Part shown: positions 32,305 through 43,858 of the stretch, piece by piece
How positions within the stretch are numbered: the stretch's first letter is position 1
How the letters are laid out: each line of letters starts with the position of its first letter
NCBI GenBank assembly: GCA_023334545.1
Contig: JAADVB010000077.1
Location: forward strand, 7,258 to 71,257
Direction: 5' to 3'
Origin: Salisapilia sapeloensis CBS 127946
Taxonomy: Eukaryota > Protista > Oomycota
DNA: 64,000 nucleotides
Made by a program: the position numbers and the translations under genes
Notes under the pieces: generated by a model
Database searches by the model: none
Told to the model about the DNA's origin: nothing
Seen by the model: only the letters and a program-made list of their open reading frames with translations

Positions 32305-32960
32305 ATGACACCAACTCGTTTCGTTCTCGTAACCGTCCTCGTCGTATTACTGCACACTACGACTGCGCAAAAGTCGAAGGCGACCAGCGATAATGACACC
32401 TCTAGTTCCGCTTCGATGGACGGCTCTGTCAGTGAGGACGCTAGTGACATGTCTTCGATGGCATCTGCGAGCGGCTCGGTCGACTACGAGTGCGAATGTG
32501 ACAAGGAGCGGAAAGTATCGCTACTGGGGGCCTCGGACTATTGCCTTGCGCCCGACGCAGTCTTTACGCACAAATGTGGAAACGTGAATTTGAAAGAAGG
32601 CGGTGAATGCCCACGAACTGGCGCCATGCCTTGCTCTGATCAAGGACACGTTCTCGCGAATGACAGGTACCACAGTCGCCATATATTTGTCTCGTTTCCA
32701 CTAACATGAAACGTAGTTACTGCGAGTATGATAAACGTGACAAGACGTACAAGTGCGTTGCGAGTAAGAAGGACTTGGATATTCACGATGAGGAGAAGAA
32801 GAGTAAAAAGCGTCGAAAGAGATCGTCGAGCAGAAGCAAGGACGAGAGCACACCTGACGCTGGAGATGACGATGGCGCGAGCGATGTCGATGGTAGATCG
32901 GTTCTACGCCTAGTCTTCTCGTTCGTAGTGCTCGTCGTGGGTGTTGTTGGCTTTAGCTAA
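32305..32960 (+). CDS. Small secreted 8-Cys protein with probable GPI-anchor or TM tail (2 exons)
   Basis: Signal peptide MTPTRFVLVTVLVVLLHTTTA. A 50-nt intron at 32667-32716 (gtacca...ctaac...tag) joins ND|SYCEY in frame. Ser-rich spacer, basic stretch KKSKKRRKR and hydrophobic C-terminus. Confidence 0.82.
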
Positions 32961-33083
32961 GTAGAATGGAAGGCGGATCATGAGCTGGTGATTTAATAAG
33001 GAAACAAGACAGTTTTAGCTAATCTACTGTTGTATTCAAGTCATGCAGCAAATGCAGATATTCTCGACGTATTTGACATGTAA

Positions 33084-35727
33084 TCAAGTCTTGTCGTTGT
33101 ACGGATGGCTGGCATCTCTGGACATGCCACGCGTTTCTTGAACGAGATGGAAGCGATGACGTAGGAATGCCATTTCAAATTCTCCACGAAGCATTTCAGC
33201 TGGGTAATTATCATCCACAACTGCCCACGAACCAACGAGTACCATGAAGATGCGTGAATCGAGAAAGTCAGGAACGACGACATTGCGCATATAGTCTCGA
33301 CATTCGCGTTCCACTTCATCAAATGTTGTACGACAAGCGTTTTCGAGGTGACCATGTATGCGTTCACGGATGTGGCCATCGATAGGAATCGTACGACGGG
33401 AGTTACCACCACCTAGAAACTTGTCGTATATCTTTTTCGCTGACCGAATGACGATCTGGTACGACGGTAGACGGCGAAAGTGTTCGATCTCTTCCCATAG
33501 CATAAGATTTTCAGAGCAGTGCTGGGTTTCCAGAAATGATCGCAAACTCATGAGGCATGGCTGATATCGGAGAAGAATATCCAAATGTTGTAGCTCCAAC
33601 TTGCCACGTTTCCCTGCTTCATCGATTTCACGTAACTCTGCTTCGATAGATATCGGTGAAACACCAGACGGCCCATCATCCCCCGGTGTGGATGAATCCG
33701 ATTGAAAGGTCATCAGGGACGGCGACGAGTTCGACTGAGACGATGCTTGCTTTTTCAAAGTTTTCCGCAAGTTTTCATACTGCTTCGACTTGACGAAGCG
33801 AGGTAACGAGTCTTGTAGCATACCGTGACGGACACGAGCGGATATCTTTTTAAACATGTCCACACTTGGGTTGTTGATTCGCGCAGCAATTTCGTCTCGC
33901 ATCGCAGTACTCATGTCCACTTGTAACTTGGCGGACGGAAGGATGTACTTGCGGAAAATCTTCTTTGCGCTATGTTGGAGATACTCGATACCGGGCAGCA
34001 GTTTAAAGTCCTCCACTTCCTCACAGAATGCCAAGTAATGCTCCCAGCCTCGCTTTTGCATGAACGTACGAAAGAATTTCTTGGCGAATGGGTCTTCCAA
34101 GATCGTTTGGAGCTGTTCTTCTGGTGAAAGTTTGAACTCTTCCAGACCTCCTTGGATTGAAATTGCCTCATTTGTGGATGTTGATTTAATGGGAATGAGT
34201 TTCTCCACAGGGTAAAGCATAGCAGTTTCAATCAATTGGGCTTCCTTCATTGCCTCAATCTTACGCTGCGCAGCCTCCGTGTCTTCAACGGATAAACGCC
34301 TTGGTTGGTGATGCGGAATATTTTTCTTGGGCTCTGGATGAACACATTTAGAGTAGCTCAAGTACTCTTCCGATCGGCAAAACCCAGGCCAAATGGTTTC
34401 ACTAATCTTATCAAAGATAATGGACTGAATTTCATAAAAGTTCTTTGGTACGAGGACTGCACCGCTTTCAGCGATTTCCTGAATCTCTTTTTCGATTTCA
34501 TCGTCATCGAGAGGAATGTGGTTGGGAGACGTCGGTTTGCAGTATCGTTCGTAAATTCGCTTTGTCTTGTTACCAATGAAAGAGAGGTTGGGTAGGCGCT
34601 TGCAATCCTCAACTTCCAGATAAAAGAGTAAGTTTTCTAGCGCCAACGCTTCCATACAGAACGTTTTTAGGAATCGAAGTTTGGCTGGATGCACTAGGAT
34701 GTCACAAAGAGCATAGGATTCCTCCGCCTCCGGACTGTTTCCTGCTTGTGCTCCCGCTGGAGCACAAAACTCTTGCATCTTCTGAAACAGCTTACTTTCT
34801 CGAAAGCGAGGATAGACAGATTTTTCCAATGAAACAATGCAGATATTCTGCGCTGCAGAATAGATTCCAGCAGATATATTGTCCGAGTCCAACGCCGCTT
34901 CAATTTCACTCAGCATCGCACCAGTGACACATACGGGCATGTAGGCTTCGGGAGATAGAAACTTGTCGTAGATTTTGCGTAGACGGCGTATGGTGTAGGA
35001 AGGCGATGGTAAGAGCTGCAGTGCATCAATTTCAACCCAGAACTTGAGCATGTCAACGCCAGCGGGTATCTTTTGCTGCTGGGCATAATTAGTGAACAAC
35101 TTGAAGGCGGCCGGGTCCGTCAGCACGTCCGTGGTGAAGACTGGTCCAAGATTTTGAGCTAAATCGAAACGAGTAGTGGAACATTTGTTAGCGCGATTTC
35201 CATTTAAGGCGTCTCCCGCAGTGCGAGGACGATGGTTCGTGGACACTTTCACATCACGAGATGTAATCTTAGCATCAAAAACCGGTTGGGACTCACCGAT
35301 AACAAGTTCCTGCGAGACCGTGCCTTCCTTCTTGATAGTTGCGTTTGCTTGTTTCTATTCGCATGCACGAAGACGAAAAAGATGTCATGGGTCTGTTTCA
35401 CCTAATCGGGAAGCATTGCACATACCTGATCGGTCGATGACTGAATAGGCTCTAACACAACATTTGGCCTGATACGTGGGGTCAAGATGCCGTTTTGGCT
35501 CTCTTGCGTTTCGCTCGACAGCGTGCGCTCTGCTGTCAATGCTCTAAGGGACTCAAACATCTCTTCATCTGATATTCCGATCTTGACCAGTTCATTATAT
35601 TTCTACAGTCAAGGGTAGAATGGTTTCGAGTTACTAGGTGCAAACTGCGTGTCGCTACTAGTCATACCTCTTGTATCACCGCTAGTGTTTCAACGTCTGT
35701 GGTCGCGATCGACGCGCCGGCACCCAT
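33084..35727 (-). CDS. Predicted N-myristoylated protein with four tandem RGS domains (3 exons)
   Basis: Exons 35727-35668, 35602-35426 and 35354-33084; phase-0 introns of 65 and 71 nt with gtatga/gtatgt donors give 835 aa starting MGAGAS. There are four RGS-like repeats (KFWVEID...RKIYDKFL; ENLLFYLEVED...RIYERY; AFCEEVEDF...KKIFRKYI; ENLMLWEEIEHF...KKIYDKFL). Confidence 0.88.
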
Positions 35728-36377
35728 GGTGAGTTTACAGGTTCAAGATAGATAAAAGGAGCCTTGAGCGTCCAATTGCGCTGGCAACTTGTGTTTCGTA
35801 AAAGGCGAAAGAGGCGTTATTACTTTTAAGAGCGCACGAACCCGTACCGCCTTCCAATCCATAAATAGATACCCCATTTGTATTATAAATAGTAAAAGTA
35901 GAAACTTGCGATCTCTACAAGTTTCCAAGTTTCCACATCATCATGTCAACGCGAACAAGATTGATGATTGTGCGGTATATGATACATCGATTCAACTTCT
36001 TTGTGACTTCATTGCAACGATTAGTAGCGCGCTCCTTTACATCAGAAGCAGGATGCCATCTCGAATGGCATTCATGCGTATTTATTTTATATTTGTAGAC
36101 GGAAATTCCCGTCTTCACTCTTTTTCTGTCATGTCCGTTTGCACCTTCTTAACACTTTATCTTGCGTACATACGAAGTGATTCCTGTTACTAGTACCCGA
36201 GTCCTTGCGCCCTCTACAGTCATCTATCATGGCGTATCACGAACGCTGGTCTCTATATCGATGCTAATGGTGGAACCTAGTCGCCGCTACTGCTCCTCCT
36301 ATACAAGGTATAGATAAGGCCATTGGCTCCCACGATATGTCTGACTCAACAGTTCAGAGCTGACGTACTGAGAGTGA

Positions 36378-36393
36378 GCTCACTTCTCATTTT
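36378..36393 (+). promoter_or_regulatory. INR-FPR core promoter of the APC permease
   Basis: GCTCACTTCTCATTTT, ~50 nt upstream of the ATG at 36444; a near-perfect match to the oomycete consensus. Confidence 0.7.
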
Positions 36394-36443
36394 CCTCGAC
36401 ATTCTACGTCTACCACTGTACTTGAGGAAGCGTCGGACAAACA

Positions 36444-37976
36444 ATGGACGATAAAGACCCGAGTGGAAATACGATTAGCTTAGGCTCCTTTTCAAGTCTC
36501 ACCGATGAACAAATGCAGCATCAACGCGGTATGTTTGTGGACCTAGGCGAACTCGAAAAGATCGATATGATTCTACAATCACCTCGTGCTGGTGGTAATG
36601 ATGTACCTGCGCCGTTCGTGAACCACCGAGTACTCGGTCTCGTGACGGTCACTGCCATCATGATTCTGTATACGAGCGGCAGTCCGTACGGAACGGAATA
36701 CGTTGTCTACGCTGCCGGTCCACTGCTAGCTATCCTCGGTTTCGTCGTGTTTTCTCTCTTCGTCGCCGCTCCGTATGGTGTTGTCGTGGCCGAGCTGTGC
36801 TCTGCGTTTCCAGAAGACGGAGGTTTCGTCGTGTGGGTACTCAATGCGTTCGGACCCTTTTGGGCATTCCAAGTCGGGTGGTGGTCTTGGATTGGCAGTG
36901 TGCTGGCCAGTACCGTGCATCCTCGAATGATTTTCTTCCTCATCTTCACCGAGTTCGCTGGTCTCAATATCGAATCGTCCGCTGCGCAATTTGGTATCAA
37001 GGTCGCGATTGCCATTATTGTAACACTGCCGATGCTGCTCGGAACGCGCAGTGTTGGCAAGTTCAGTGCTGCCGCAGTCTTCCTAATGGCCTTGGCCTAC
37101 ATTATCTTCACGATCTGGTCATTAACGATGGCGACCGAGTGGGATGATTTACTGGAAGTGCGCCATGATCAAAACAAGTATGATCCCCTTACGCGTGACG
37201 CCGAGTTTATTGGTGACGTGAACATCGAGTGGAATCTCTTCTTCAACGTTTTGTACTGGAACTACGGTGGAATCAACATGATTTCTGTCTTCGGCGGTGA
37301 AGTGAAAAACCCAGCCGGCGTCCTCCGTTCGGCTATTGCTATCACGGTGCTCGTCAGTCTACTTCTCTTCACCATTCCGATGATAGCTGGACTGGTTACT
37401 GACAAGCTCCATTGGACATTTATCGGAAGAAACTCTTTCGCGTACATGGCAAAGGCTATCGGTGGAACTCCACTCCACACGATCGTGTTCATTGGATCCG
37501 TCGCCGCAACGATGGGCTCGTTTACAGCGAGCACATTCTGTCAGTCATTTCAACTGTCCGGTATGGCTCAAAACCGACTCGTATGGTCAAAATTGGCCAA
37601 GAATGATCGTGTGCACAGCTCTCCGCTGCTAGCAACGCTCGCTTCCTTGCTCGTGACTATCCCAGTGCTGGTCATCGATCCGATGGAACTGATTCCGATT
37701 ACCAACATGCTTACTGCCGGTGTCGAAGTTTTTGTCCTGTTCACCGCGATCATGCTTCGTCGTAAGTTGCCATACATCCCACGTCCGTCGAAAGTCCCTG
37801 GAGGTATTCCAGTCCTCGTGGTGGCGACGATCCTTCCGGCTCTGATCTTCGTATATGTCACGGTTGAAGTGTTCCGCAATACGGTTAGTGCTATCATCGG
37901 TGCTCTTCTTATTCTCCTCGGTGCTGCCTATGGCGCCTATCGGTTCTACTATGTCAAGGAAAGAAACGTCTGGTAG
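36444..37976 (+). CDS. APC-superfamily amino acid/polyamine permease
   Basis: About 12 hydrophobic segments; TM1 SGSPYGTE, AELCSAFPEDGGFVVWVLNAFGPFWAFQVGWW, YWNYGG...GGEVKNP, PRPSKVP. Confidence 0.92.
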   Translation: MDDKDPSGNTISLGSFSSLTDEQMQHQRGMFVDLGELEKIDMILQSPRAGGNDVPAPFVNHRVLGLVTVTAIMILYTSGSPYGTEYVVYAAGPLLAILGFVVFSLFVAAPYGVVVAELCSAFPEDGGFVVWVLNAFGPFWAFQVGWWSWIGSVLASTVHPRMIFFLIFTEFAGLNIESSAAQFGIKVAIAIIVTLPMLLGTRSVGKFSAAAVFLMALAYIIFTIWSLTMATEWDDLLEVRHDQNKYDPLTRDAEFIGDVNIEWNLFFNVLYWNYGGINMISVFGGEVKNPAGVLRSAIAITVLVSLLLFTIPMIAGLVTDKLHWTFIGRNSFAYMAKAIGGTPLHTIVFIGSVAATMGSFTASTFCQSFQLSGMAQNRLVWSKLAKNDRVHSSPLLATLASLLVTIPVLVIDPMELIPITNMLTAGVEVFVLFTAIMLRRKLPYIPRPSKVPGGIPVLVVATILPALIFVYVTVEVFRNTVSAIIGALLILLGAAYGAYRFYYVKERNVW

Positions 37977-38159
37977 ACTTGTATGCACGTAAAGTTGGGA
38001 ATATATCCATTTGATCTCGTATTAGTTACCTGAAGATGATGTATCGTGTAGTAACATATCAGAAGTGAATATATGTATCCTTGATAAGATCATTGAAGCA
38101 AAAGTTTACACTACGTATAAATGGAAAAACAAAAGTAACATATGAACAAAGTTACGTGC

Positions 38160-41100
38160 TTACGTCTCACTTAAGCGAGCGTCATGTGGCACCGACTCAC
38201 TGTCGATCTTGTACGCACCTGGAGCATACGCCGTGGATCTCACCGTACTAAACGATTGAGAGCTGTCAAACATATTGCTACCCAAGCGGCTATCCTCCGA
38301 CATTCGGAAGGCAGTACTTCGTCGATCACCGGCAGAATTCCGTTGGGCCATGCCAATTGCATCCGACCGAGGCATCGAGTTGGACGCAATGTACGACTCG
38401 GCCAACGTCGTCTCTTCGTCACAACTGAAGGCAAATCCAGTGTTCCTTCGTGAAGGTCCGGACATATAAAGCTGCGTCACTGGCTGCCAGCTATTTCCTG
38501 CCGAGTTCACGGATTCCGCGTTGTATACACTCGTCGATGGCGTGTGCGAACTAGCCGACTGAGGTGCAGAGCTACAGACACTAGGATCGTACACCTCGGC
38601 CTGCTGTGGTTGCGGCATTTGTGGTGAAGAATGTTTCTCCTTCATACTCGGAGGTGAAGGTGTTCGTTTAGCAGGCGCGTTGCTGATGAACGTATCCACC
38701 GTTCTCGACGTCTTACGCCCATCGTCGGCGTTTCCATCATACCCAGCGACGTCATGCAACGTCATGGAGAGTGTCTGCTCTTCAATGTTATGAATCGTGT
38801 ATCGCCGTTTCTCGGTGTTTGCAGTCTCCTTTAGAACTTGTGCGAGCGACGGGTAGAACATGCGCTGGTACAAGTTCCAGGCAATGTGTCTCGCCAACGC
38901 AATCGTACAGCCCATGACGACGACGAGGATGTATCCCCACGTCGCAGCAGTGGGTATGAATGCACCAAACTCATCGTACCCGATCTTAAAGGTCGCCGCG
39001 TACGGGACGACGGTCCCGAGCGTCGCTACGACGAACCACAAGAGGACACTAACTATCCATCCAACGAACGACATGGTAGTCCACGTATCTGCTATGAGCC
39101 AAATCTTCAGATTGACAACCAAAACGACCATACTGAAGGCAACCATGCCCATCTCGACACGCGACTCACTTCCAGTCATGCCTTCCGAAGCGTTGAATCC
39201 AAACGACATGACAACGAAGATGATAAGCGACTCGTACACGGCAGCAGCAAGCCACCGTAGGAACGTGTAAAAGTTGAAATTCTGACGCTCTGGACCGTTG
39301 CGATAGAGGCGAGGGTGGTCAATGGACATGTGTGCTGGCAAGTCTTTATCCATGACGCCGACAAAGATGATCGGGAGGCCGGTGAACAAGATATTGTACA
39401 CCTGTACGCCGAACTCCCAATACAGCTTAGATCCTGATGCACCGGAGAGGTAGCCGTACCAGTACTGCGCCAAGACGAGTGTAATGTTTTTGTAGAACAT
39501 GTAGAGGACGAGTTTGGAGATGCGGAGGTAGTTCCATCGACCGTGGACAAGCAAGAGTCGTTCTAGGTATCGGAACTGGGCGATCGCATAGTCACTCGAG
39601 TTAACGGCCTGCATACCTTCCTGTCCACTGATACCGACACCGACATGTGCTGCTTGGATCATCGCAACGTCATTCGCACCGTCGCCGATGGCCAGTGTAC
39701 GTACGTGCTCCATATTATCACGCACGAGACGAACCATCTCTGCTTTCTGCGCTGGCGAGACACGGTTACAGACGACTGCGCGACAGTGTTTTGTGTACTC
39801 GAGAAGGTGTGGTGCAGTTTGCTCCGTCAGGGCCCACTCGAGCGCCTCTCCATCTATAATCAACGCTGTCTCAAGCGAAGGCTCCTGCTTCTTCCGCTGT
39901 TCGTACTCGTACAGCGCATCCATCAATTTCTGACGAAGAGATTCTTCAGTCGGGCAGGTAGTCGTGTTGATGACCACTTGATGCACGGCATTCTCAAGCA
40001 ACGAGCAAGCGTACGCAATGTTAATAGCCGTCTCTTCCTTGTCTCCCGTGAGCATCCACACTTTAATCTCGGCAGTCGTCAGTCTACCAAGACATGTCGG
40101 AACACCTTCCTGCAGCTTGTCTTCAATTGCAGTCGCTCCAATAAGCTCTAGACCTTCCTCAATCTCTTCCATCAGATCGTCAATCGAGTTCGGTTTGCCC
40201 TCCTTCCGTCGCTCAATCTCCCCGACGTCTCCAATCGCATCGTCATACTTTTCCTTCCACGCTTCAAACTCGTGCTCATCAAGACGCTTGACGGCCAGTG
40301 CCAATGTCCGTAGTCCGTCATCAGCATACTTTTCCATGTGCTCCATCGTGACTTTCTTGATTCTGTCCATACTCGGATCGTCTTTTAAGCGCTGATAGAT
40401 CATCATATCTGCTCCTTTACAATAGAGGAAGAGCTGTCCGTCCGGTCGACGAACGACGACGGACATGCGTTTGCGTGTACTATTAAACTCTAAAACGTCT
40501 AGCACTTCATACTCATTCATCTCGCCCAGAACTTCTACCTTAACACGACCGACGCTGCGTGATTTAAAGCTAAAACCACAGAACGCAGCACCAGCGACCA
40601 ACGCCTGTTCGTCTGGAGAAGAAGCAGACAGTCGTGTTTCGCCATTGTCCAGCGTTTCCGGGATGACAGTATGGCAGACAGCCAAGTGCTCAAAGAAACG
40701 GTAAATGTACTGCTGCTGCTGCTCGCCGCTCTTTCCATCAAGCGCTCGGAAGAGAGCTGGGTCGACAAAGTTTACGTACGGCATCTTCTGGACACCTGGA
40801 TCAAGCTTTGGTTCCGCCGGGATGGGTTTATTCGCTCGCAGGAGTGCAGCTCGACCGATCTCGGTGATACCAGAGCCGTAGGAGACGCCATTGATACTGC
40901 ACTTGCGGAATTCCATGACGTTACAGGTTAATGTACCTGTCTTGTCGGAGAAGACGTATGAGATTTGACCGAGCTCTTCGTTTAGCTCCATCGTACGTAC
41001 GATGGCAGGCGTGTCCGTCTCTGCGTGGTACATTTCGAGGTCCCACGCCATAAAACAGGACTGGAGGAATTTGACACTTGTCATACTGACGTACAAGGAG

Positions 41101-42299
41101 ATGGGAATGACTTGGTACAAGAGTAGAAAGTAGTAGAACGTCATCTGGATGAATGACTGCCATCGAGGCGTCTTGGTCACGTCTGTTAAAATGTACCACG
41201 TATCATCCACAATGTCATACTGATACGTGATGTAGCATGCGGCTGCGACTGCACATGCGACGAAGAGCAAGGCACAGACGACGCCGATCATGCGATTGAT
41301 CTGGAGCATAATGTCGCTCCATTTGGACGGAGGAGAGCTCGCACTTTGCATGATTTTCGTGTCCGGACCAGTGTTTAGGACGAGACCGTAGACCCAGTCT
41401 GTATTTCGGAGATTGCAGCCTCGCAGCAAGATGTTTTTCACTGATATCGGTGCAGTTTCCGCTGCTTTATCGCCTACGGAAGCTTCCACTTTTCCTGCAA
41501 ACTTGTTAATGTACGGATTCGGTTGTTCGCATCGGACGACGCCACGCAACTGAGCTACTTGATCTGGTTGGGATAGATCTCGCATCGTGGCGGAGATGGC
41601 TTGACGAAGCTTTAGGTTGGTTTCTCCGTCCAAACTCTTTGTTTCGACGTAGCAAATGCCACTAGCGATTTCAGCATCGGGCTCTGCGACGGACAATACG
41701 AGGACGTCAGCAGGTACGACTTCTCGATTACGAATGACAAGAAAGTCTCCGACCTGTACTTCTGCCCACTTGTGATCCTCGATCTGGTCGTTCCGAACGA
41801 TGTGGCACGTCGCGGAATTTGCTTGTGTATCCGATCGGTGTCGACGAAGATCTTCCATGACAGCAAAGACAGCGTCGATGGAGATCACGAAGAAAAGGAC
41901 AGGCGCATTGGACGGAATGCCGTATGTGTTACTGATGGATTTGATGGATTGGAGGACACAGACGACGAGGAAGAAAAAGTTGGCGACTTTGGTGAAGCTT
42001 TCGAAGAGGAAGCGAGGTAAGAAGGTGATCATCGAGTACTTGGACGTGACGATGACATTAGTGCACCTTTCAAACACAGCATTGCCAGGTGCGTAATTGA
42101 AAAAGACTTCTCGCAACTCGGCCTTGGGTGGTAAGTTGGCATCCTCCCCTTGTTCATGTTCTTGTCCATGGCTGCTTTCGAGCATTGCATCTACGCCAGG
42201 CGTACTTCTCGCCAAGTGTCCCTCACCCAGCACAGGCGTCTCTACTTCATTGTACTGTCCATGACTTGATCCCGACTTGGTCGGCGGCGTCGACTCCAT
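38160..42299 (-). CDS. P4-type ATPase (phospholipid flippase), second paralog, intronless
   Basis: ETKSLDGETNLK, IPISL, FSDKTGTLT, GDKEET, GDGANDV, C-terminal TGFAFS. The probable ATG is 42299 (MESTPP); the open frame extends to 42368. Confidence 0.95.
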   Translation of the reverse strand: MESTPPTKSGSSHGQYNEVETPVLGEGHLARSTPGVDAMLESSHGQEHEQGEDANLPPKAELREVFFNYAPGNAVFERCTNVIVTSKYSMITFLPRFLFESFTKVANFFFLVVCVLQSIKSISNTYGIPSNAPVLFFVISIDAVFAVMEDLRRHRSDTQANSATCHIVRNDQIEDHKWAEVQVGDFLVIRNREVVPADVLVLSVAEPDAEIASGICYVETKSLDGETNLKLRQAISATMRDLSQPDQVAQLRGVVRCEQPNPYINKFAGKVEASVGDKAAETAPISVKNILLRGCNLRNTDWVYGLVLNTGPDTKIMQSASSPPSKWSDIMLQINRMIGVVCALLFVACAVAAACYITYQYDIVDDTWYILTDVTKTPRWQSFIQMTFYYFLLLYQVIPISLYVSMTSVKFLQSCFMAWDLEMYHAETDTPAIVRTMELNEELGQISYVFSDKTGTLTCNVMEFRKCSINGVSYGSGITEIGRAALLRANKPIPAEPKLDPGVQKMPYVNFVDPALFRALDGKSGEQQQQYIYRFFEHLAVCHTVIPETLDNGETRLSASSPDEQALVAGAAFCGFSFKSRSVGRVKVEVLGEMNEYEVLDVLEFNSTRKRMSVVVRRPDGQLFLYCKGADMMIYQRLKDDPSMDRIKKVTMEHMEKYADDGLRTLALAVKRLDEHEFEAWKEKYDDAIGDVGEIERRKEGKPNSIDDLMEEIEEGLELIGATAIEDKLQEGVPTCLGRLTTAEIKVWMLTGDKEETAINIAYACSLLENAVHQVVINTTTCPTEESLRQKLMDALYEYEQRKKQEPSLETALIIDGEALEWALTEQTAPHLLEYTKHCRAVVCNRVSPAQKAEMVRLVRDNMEHVRTLAIGDGANDVAMIQAAHVGVGISGQEGMQAVNSSDYAIAQFRYLERLLLVHGRWNYLRISKLVLYMFYKNITLVLAQYWYGYLSGASGSKLYWEFGVQVYNILFTGLPIIFVGVMDKDLPAHMSIDHPRLYRNGPERQNFNFYTFLRWLAAAVYESLIIFVVMSFGFNASEGMTGSESRVEMGMVAFSMVVLVVNLKIWLIADTWTTMSFVGWIVSVLLWFVVATLGTVVPYAATFKIGYDEFGAFIPTAATWGYILVVVMGCTIALARHIAWNLYQRMFYPSLAQVLKETANTEKRRYTIHNIEEQTLSMTLHDVAGYDGNADDGRKTSRTVDTFISNAPAKRTPSPPSMKEKHSSPQMPQPQQAEVYDPSVCSSAPQSASSHTPSTSVYNAESVNSAGNSWQPVTQLYMSGPSRRNTGFAFSCDEETTLAESYIASNSMPRSDAIGMAQRNSAGDRRSTAFRMSEDSRLGSNMFDSSQSFSTVRSTAYAPGAYKIDSESVPHDARLSET

Positions 42300-42562
42300 C
42301 AACGTAACAAGAGTTTCTTGTGTGTATTGCAAACGGCACAACAAGTAGTTTTGTTCAGGTATGTACAAGTGGTACGGAAGTACGCTTGCCGTTCAAACGC
42401 CCTCGCGTCCAGAGTGATGAAAAGGAGGCTGAACTCTATCTCAAGTCCCTAACCGTTTCGTTCGATTGCAAAGAGCCAGACAGGTTGTTATCCAACCACC
42501 TGCATATCGCACGGTACCTTCGTGCGACCTCCCTGAAGTCTTCTTCTGAGAACGATATAAAT

Positions 42563-43555
42563 ATGAGCTCAAGCGCATGGGATAAATGGGGCACCAAGCC
42601 TTCGAATGGGACTACGAACTTTTGGAAGAACTCGCCACTGTCCCAGACGTCGACTGTAGCGTCGGACGATGAATTGACGCCAACGTCTAGTACATCGTCG
42701 CCGTGGGGGAAGCTGCAGCAGGCGTGGGGATCAGCTCAGAGTTTCACGAAAAAGTATGCTGCGTTGCCGACGGACCAAGAAGCAGTCGTGTTAGAGGATG
42801 GGAACATTGCAGCGGTTTCGGAGAAGGAGACACCGCGAACGTGGCTTTCATGGAAAACTCAGGACCCCGAGGTGGCGGCAGCGAGTACGAGTAGCATGCC
42901 ATGGGATGTTCGTTTCAAGTATTTCGTCACGTTTGTTATCATGGGCTTGGTCTTCTTTGGCATGGCTTCCATCTTTATCCCTCTGGTATGCAAATATATA
43001 CTTTATACAGGGAGAATCGATGTTTATTCTGCAGTAGATTGTGATTCGACCGTCGAAATTCGCTCTGAGCTTCACTTTCGGTAGTCTATGTCTAATGGGC
43101 GCATTCGCCATGCTGCGTGGACCGATGATCTACCTACGAGGACTAGTCCAGACCTCTCGATTGCCACTTACTCTAGCTTATTTCCTATCTTTAGGTACGT
43201 CTTCTTGATACAATGAGCTGTAGGCATATGATAGTAACCTTGATGGATACAGGCTCGACACTGTATAGCTGTCTTATACTAGGCAACTACATTCTCGTCG
43301 TTGTCAGCTCCGTCCTACAGGTATGGAATATACTGTCAATGAGAGAGAAGAAATGCTGATTCGCATGCTAGTTGGTGACACTCTCGGCCTTTGCATTGGG
43401 AGCCCTACCAGGAGGAAACGCCAGTCTTAAAGGTATACTTAAGCTATCTTTTATATATGACACTAGTACTGAATTTGGTGGTAGCATTTGGGATGATGTT
43501 CTGGCGGGCAACTAGGAATATGGTCAATATGATGTCGCGCCTATTTGCTGGATAG
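42563..43555 (+). CDS. Sft2/Got1-family vesicle transport protein (5 exons)
   Basis: Exons 42563-42985, 43038-43194, 43253-43320, 43372-43432 and 43485-43555 join in frame (259 aa). Motifs RFKYF, IVIRPSKFALSFTFGS, LRGP, STLYS, ALPGG are typical of Sft2. Confidence 0.85.
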
Positions 43556-43669
43556 ATTTCCTCGTAGACACCCGACAGATCTTACGAATCACTTCCATAA
43601 AAGGATATTTGCATCTTAGTTTGATTTCCTTTGATTATTCGCTTCTACTTGCTCGATGTCGCTCCAAGC

Positions 43670-43858
43670 CTAGGATTGAATGAGTTGATAGATAGACGAT
43701 GAGTGTAAAGTTGCTACCGTTTTGTCGCAAGAGCTATCGATCGCAGGCTGTTTCTTTGGAAGTGAATCGACGTATGTAATTGCGCCCATGAGGACGACGC
43801 ACAGGACTCCGTAGGCAGCGCTCTGGCGGTTTGTTAAGTGTCGGAAGGGCAAAAACAT
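43670..43858 (-). CDS. Possible 62-aa single-pass membrane microprotein
   Basis: ATG at 43858: MFLPFRHLTNRQSAAYGVLCVVLMGAITYVDSLPK..., with one hydrophobic helix. No homolog recognised. Confidence 0.3.
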   Translation of the reverse strand: MFLPFRHLTNRQSAAYGVLCVVLMGAITYVDSLPKKQPAIDSSCDKTVATLHSSSIYQLIQS

